From a virus (Duplodnaviria > Caudoviricetes), in the IMG/VR virus record IMGVR_UViG_3300031857_000560, positions 1 through 37,800 of that record: a DNA stretch of 37,800 nucleotides; one strand, given 5' to 3'. Below are positions 35,451-37,800 of this stretch, piece by piece (within the stretch, counting starts at the first letter, position 1; each line of letters opens with the position of its first letter). The notes under the pieces were generated by a model. The model saw only the letters and a program-made list of their open reading frames with translations. It was not told the DNA's origin and ran no database searches. A program made the translations under genes and the position numbers.

Positions 35451-37799
35451 TTATACGATATAAAATGAAGTTTCTATACTAGTTGTCCAACTTGTATTTG
35501 TACTTACAGAAGTAGTCCATGAAGTAGTCCATGATGTGGATGTACTTACTGAAGTAGTCCATGAAGTACTTGTACTTACAGAAGTAGACCACGAAGTAGT
35601 CCATGAAGTACTTGTACTTCTCGAAGTCGTAACAGAAGTAGTCCACGAAGTACTTGTACTAACTGAAGTCGACCATGAAGTACTAGTACTAACAGATGTA
35701 GTCCATGAAGTGGTCCACGATGTTGATGTACTAACTGATGTAGACCAACTTGTACTTGTACTTACTGACGTTGACCATGAAGTACCTGTACTTACAGAAG
35801 TGGACCACGAAGTAGTCCATGAAGTACTTGTACTTACTGAAGTTGTAACGGAGGTAGTCCATGAAGTACTTGTACTTACAGAAGTTGACCATGAAGTACC
35901 TGTACTTACAGAAGTAGACCATGAAGTAGTCCATGAAGTACTTGTACTTACAGAAGTTGTAACTGATGTAGTCCATGAAGTTGAAGTGCTAACAGCAGTT
36001 GTCCAACTTGTACTTGTACTTACAGAAGTATTCCATGAAGTAGTCCATGATGTACTTGTACTTACTGAAGTTGTAACGGAGGTAGTCCAACTTGTGCTTG
36101 TACTTACAGAGGTCGTCCAACTTGTACCTGTACTTACTGCTGTAGTCCACGAAGTAGTCCATGAAGTACTAGTACTTACTGAAGTTGTAACGGAGGTAGT
36201 CCATGAAGTACTAGTACTTACAGAAGTAGACCAAGAAGTACTTGTACTTACAGAAGTAGACCATGAAGTACTTGTACTTACAGAAGTTGATACAGAAGTG
36301 GTCCACGATGTGCTTGTACTTACAGCAGTTGTCCAACTTGTACTTGTACTTACAGAAGTTGACCACGAAGTAGTCCAAGTAGTCGAAGTACTTCTTGAAG
36401 TTGTAACTGATGTAGTCCAACTTGTACTTGTACTAACTGAAGTTGACCACGATGTACCTGTACTTACTGCTGTAGTCCACGAAGTAGTCCATGAAGTACT
36501 TGTACTTACTGAAGTTGTAACGGAGGTAGTCCATGAAGTACTTGTACTAACTGAAGTTGACCATGAAGTACTTGTACTTACAGAAGTATTCCATGAAGTA
36601 GTCCATGAAGTACTTGTACTTCTTGAAGTTGTAACTGATGTGGTCCAACTTGTGCTTGTACTTACAGAAGTCGACCACGATGTACTTGTACTTACAGAAG
36701 TAGACCATGAAGTAGTCCATGAAGTACTTGTACTAACTGATGTTGATACAGAAGTTGACCATGAAGTTGAAGTGCTAACAGACGTAGTCCATGAAGTAGT
36801 CCAACTTGTACTTGTACTTCTTGAAGTTGTAACTGATGTAGTCCAACTTGTGCTTGTACTTACAGAAGTTGACCATGAAGTACCTGTACTTACTGCTGTA
36901 GTCCACGAAGTAGTCCATGAAGTACTTGTACTAACTGATGTTGATACTGAAGTAGTCCACGAAGTACTTGTACTTACAGAAGTTGACCACGAAGTAGTCC
37001 AAGTAGTTGAAGTACTTCTTGAAGTTGTAACTGATGTAGTCCAACTTGTACTTGTACTTACAGAAGTTGACCAACTTGTACCTGTACTTACTGCTGTGGT
37101 CCATGAAGTGGTCCATGATGTACTTGTACTAACTGATGTTGATACTGATGTAGTCCACGAAGTACTTGTACTTACAGCAGTTGTCCACGATGTACTTGTA
37201 CTTACAGAAGTTGACCATGAAGTAGTCCATGAAGTACTTGTACTTCTTGAAGTTGTAACTGATGTAGTCCAACTTGTACTTGTACTTACAGAAGTTGACC
37301 AACTTGTACCTGTACTTACTGCTGTGGTCCATGACGTAGTCCAACTTGTACTTGTACTAACTGATGTTGATACTGAAGTAGTCCACGAAGTCGAAGTGCT
37401 AACAGAAGTTGACCACGAAGTAGTCCATGAAGTACTTGTACTTCTCGAAGTCGTAACTGAAGTAGTCCATGAAGTACTTGTACTAACTGAAGTTGACCAC
37501 GATGTACCTGTACTTACTGCCGTAGTCCACGAAGTAGTCCATGAAGTACTTGTACTTACTGAAGTTGTAACGGAAGTAGTCCATGAAGTACTAGTACTTA
37601 CAGAAGTGGACCACGATGTACTTGTACTTACAGAAGTAGTCCATGAAGTAGTCCAAGTAGTCGACGTACTTCTTGAAGTTGTAACTGAAGTAGTCCATGA
37701 AGTACTTGTACTAACTGAAGTTGACCACGATGTACCTGTACTTACTGCCGTAGTCCACGAAGTAGTCCATGAAGTACTTGTACTTCTTGAAGTTGTAAC
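35451..37799 (-). CDS. Ser/Thr/Trp/Val repeat protein (5'-truncated by the window), putative fibre/surface protein
   Basis: Same frame at both ends and no stop seen: VTTSRSTSTSWTTSWTTAVSTGTSWSTSVSTS...WTTSIETSFYIV then TAA at 35453-35451; about 782 codons; absent from the ORF track, presumably because its start lies outside the window. Confidence 0.85.
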   Translation of the reverse strand, partial: VTTSRSTSTSWTTSWTTAVSTGTSWSTSVSTSTSWTTSVTTSRSTSTTWTTSWTTSVSTSTSWSTSVSTSTSWTTSVTTSVSTSTSWTTSWTTAVSTGTSWSTSVSTSTSWTTSVTTSRSTSTSWTTSWSTSVSTSTSWTTSVSTSVSTSTSWTTSWTTAVSTGTSWSTSVSTSTSWTTSVTTSRSTSTSWTTSWSTSVSTSTSWTTAVSTSTSWTTSVSTSVSTSTSWTTSWTTAVSTGTSWSTSVSTSTSWTTSVTTSRSTSTTWTTSWSTSVSTSTSWTTSVSTSVSTSTSWTTSWTTAVSTGTSWSTSVSTSTSWTTSVTTSRSTSTSWTTSWTTSVSTSTSWSTSVSTSVSTSTSWTTSWSTSVSTSTSWSTSVSTSTSWTTSVTTSRSTSTSWTTSWNTSVSTSTSWSTSVSTSTSWTTSVTTSVSTSTSWTTSWTTAVSTGTSWSTSVSTSTSWTTSVTTSRSTSTTWTTSWSTSVSTSTSWTTAVSTSTSWTTSVSTSVSTSTSWSTSVSTSTSWSTSVSTSTSWTTSVTTSVSTSTSWTTSWTTAVSTGTSWTTSVSTSTSWTTSVTTSVSTSTSWTTSWNTSVSTSTSWTTAVSTSTSWTTSVTTSVSTSTSWTTSWSTSVSTGTSWSTSVSTSTSWTTSVTTSVSTSTSWTTSWSTSVSTGTSWSTSVSTSTSWSTSVSTSTSWTTSWTTSVSTSTSWSTSVSTSTSWTTSVTTSRSTSTSWTTSWSTSVSTSTSWTTSVSTSTSWTTSWTTSVSTNTSWTTSIETSFYIV

Positions 37800-37800
37800 T
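35481..37800. repeat. coding tandem repeat array of 30- and 42-bp modules with higher-order periodicity
   Basis: Recurrent GAAGTAGTCCAT and GTACTTGTACTTAC; basic 114-bp (38-aa) unit; a Gly/Ala-marked variant recurs at 198/228-bp intervals. Confidence 0.92.

Noticed and set aside
35731-37344. Four short ORF-track entries of type MDYISYNFCKYKY
   Set aside because: Out-of-frame readings of the S/T/W repeat gene, repeatedly interrupted by stops
35481-37800. Repeat array as a CRISPR array or non-coding satellite
   Set aside because: No unique spacers; unit lengths are multiples of 3 and variation is mostly synonymous in one open frame
35464-37800. Long open plus-strand frame (EVVHEVLVLTE...)
   Set aside because: Antisense shadow sharing the wobble position; changes silent in the minus frame cause E/D and H/Q changes here, and neighbouring genes are all on the minus strand
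1-37800. Alternative genetic code, introns/inteins, tRNA or rRNA genes
   Set aside because: Standard code gives near-complete coding density with TGA used in ATGA overlaps; terminase, helicases and recombinase are normal length; no intergenic space showing an RNA gene

Overview
This is a gene-dense, AT-rich segment of a large T4-superfamily (myovirus, probably jumbo-type) phage genome, read with the standard genetic code and mostly on the minus strand. Replication and recombination genes: gp41-like helicase, primase, a 192-aa minimal DnaE/PolIII-alpha-like protein, gp62-like clamp-loader subunit, UvsW, UvsY, UvsX and gp32. Other blocks: a split heptose-nucleotide cluster (cupin, hldD, HldC-like, HldA-like), packaging and head genes (large and small terminase, gp4, putative internal head proteins), and tail/neck genes (gp19, gp18, gp13, gp14, gp15). 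The window ends in a glyco-modification-like cassette next to a >780-codon Ser/Thr/Trp repeat ORF that the supplied ORF track misses. About a dozen TAAATA late-promoter-like motifs, two sigma70-like promoters and three terminators are visible. The most interesting signals are: (1) the S/T/W repeat protein with neighbouring sugar-modifying enzymes, a candidate virion glycosylation system; (2) a putative head polyprotein with a module bounded by 21-bp in-frame direct repeats that encode candidate protease sites; (3) the miniature C-family polymerase; (4) apparently leaderless transcripts. All functional calls come from motif recognition by eye; no searches were run.
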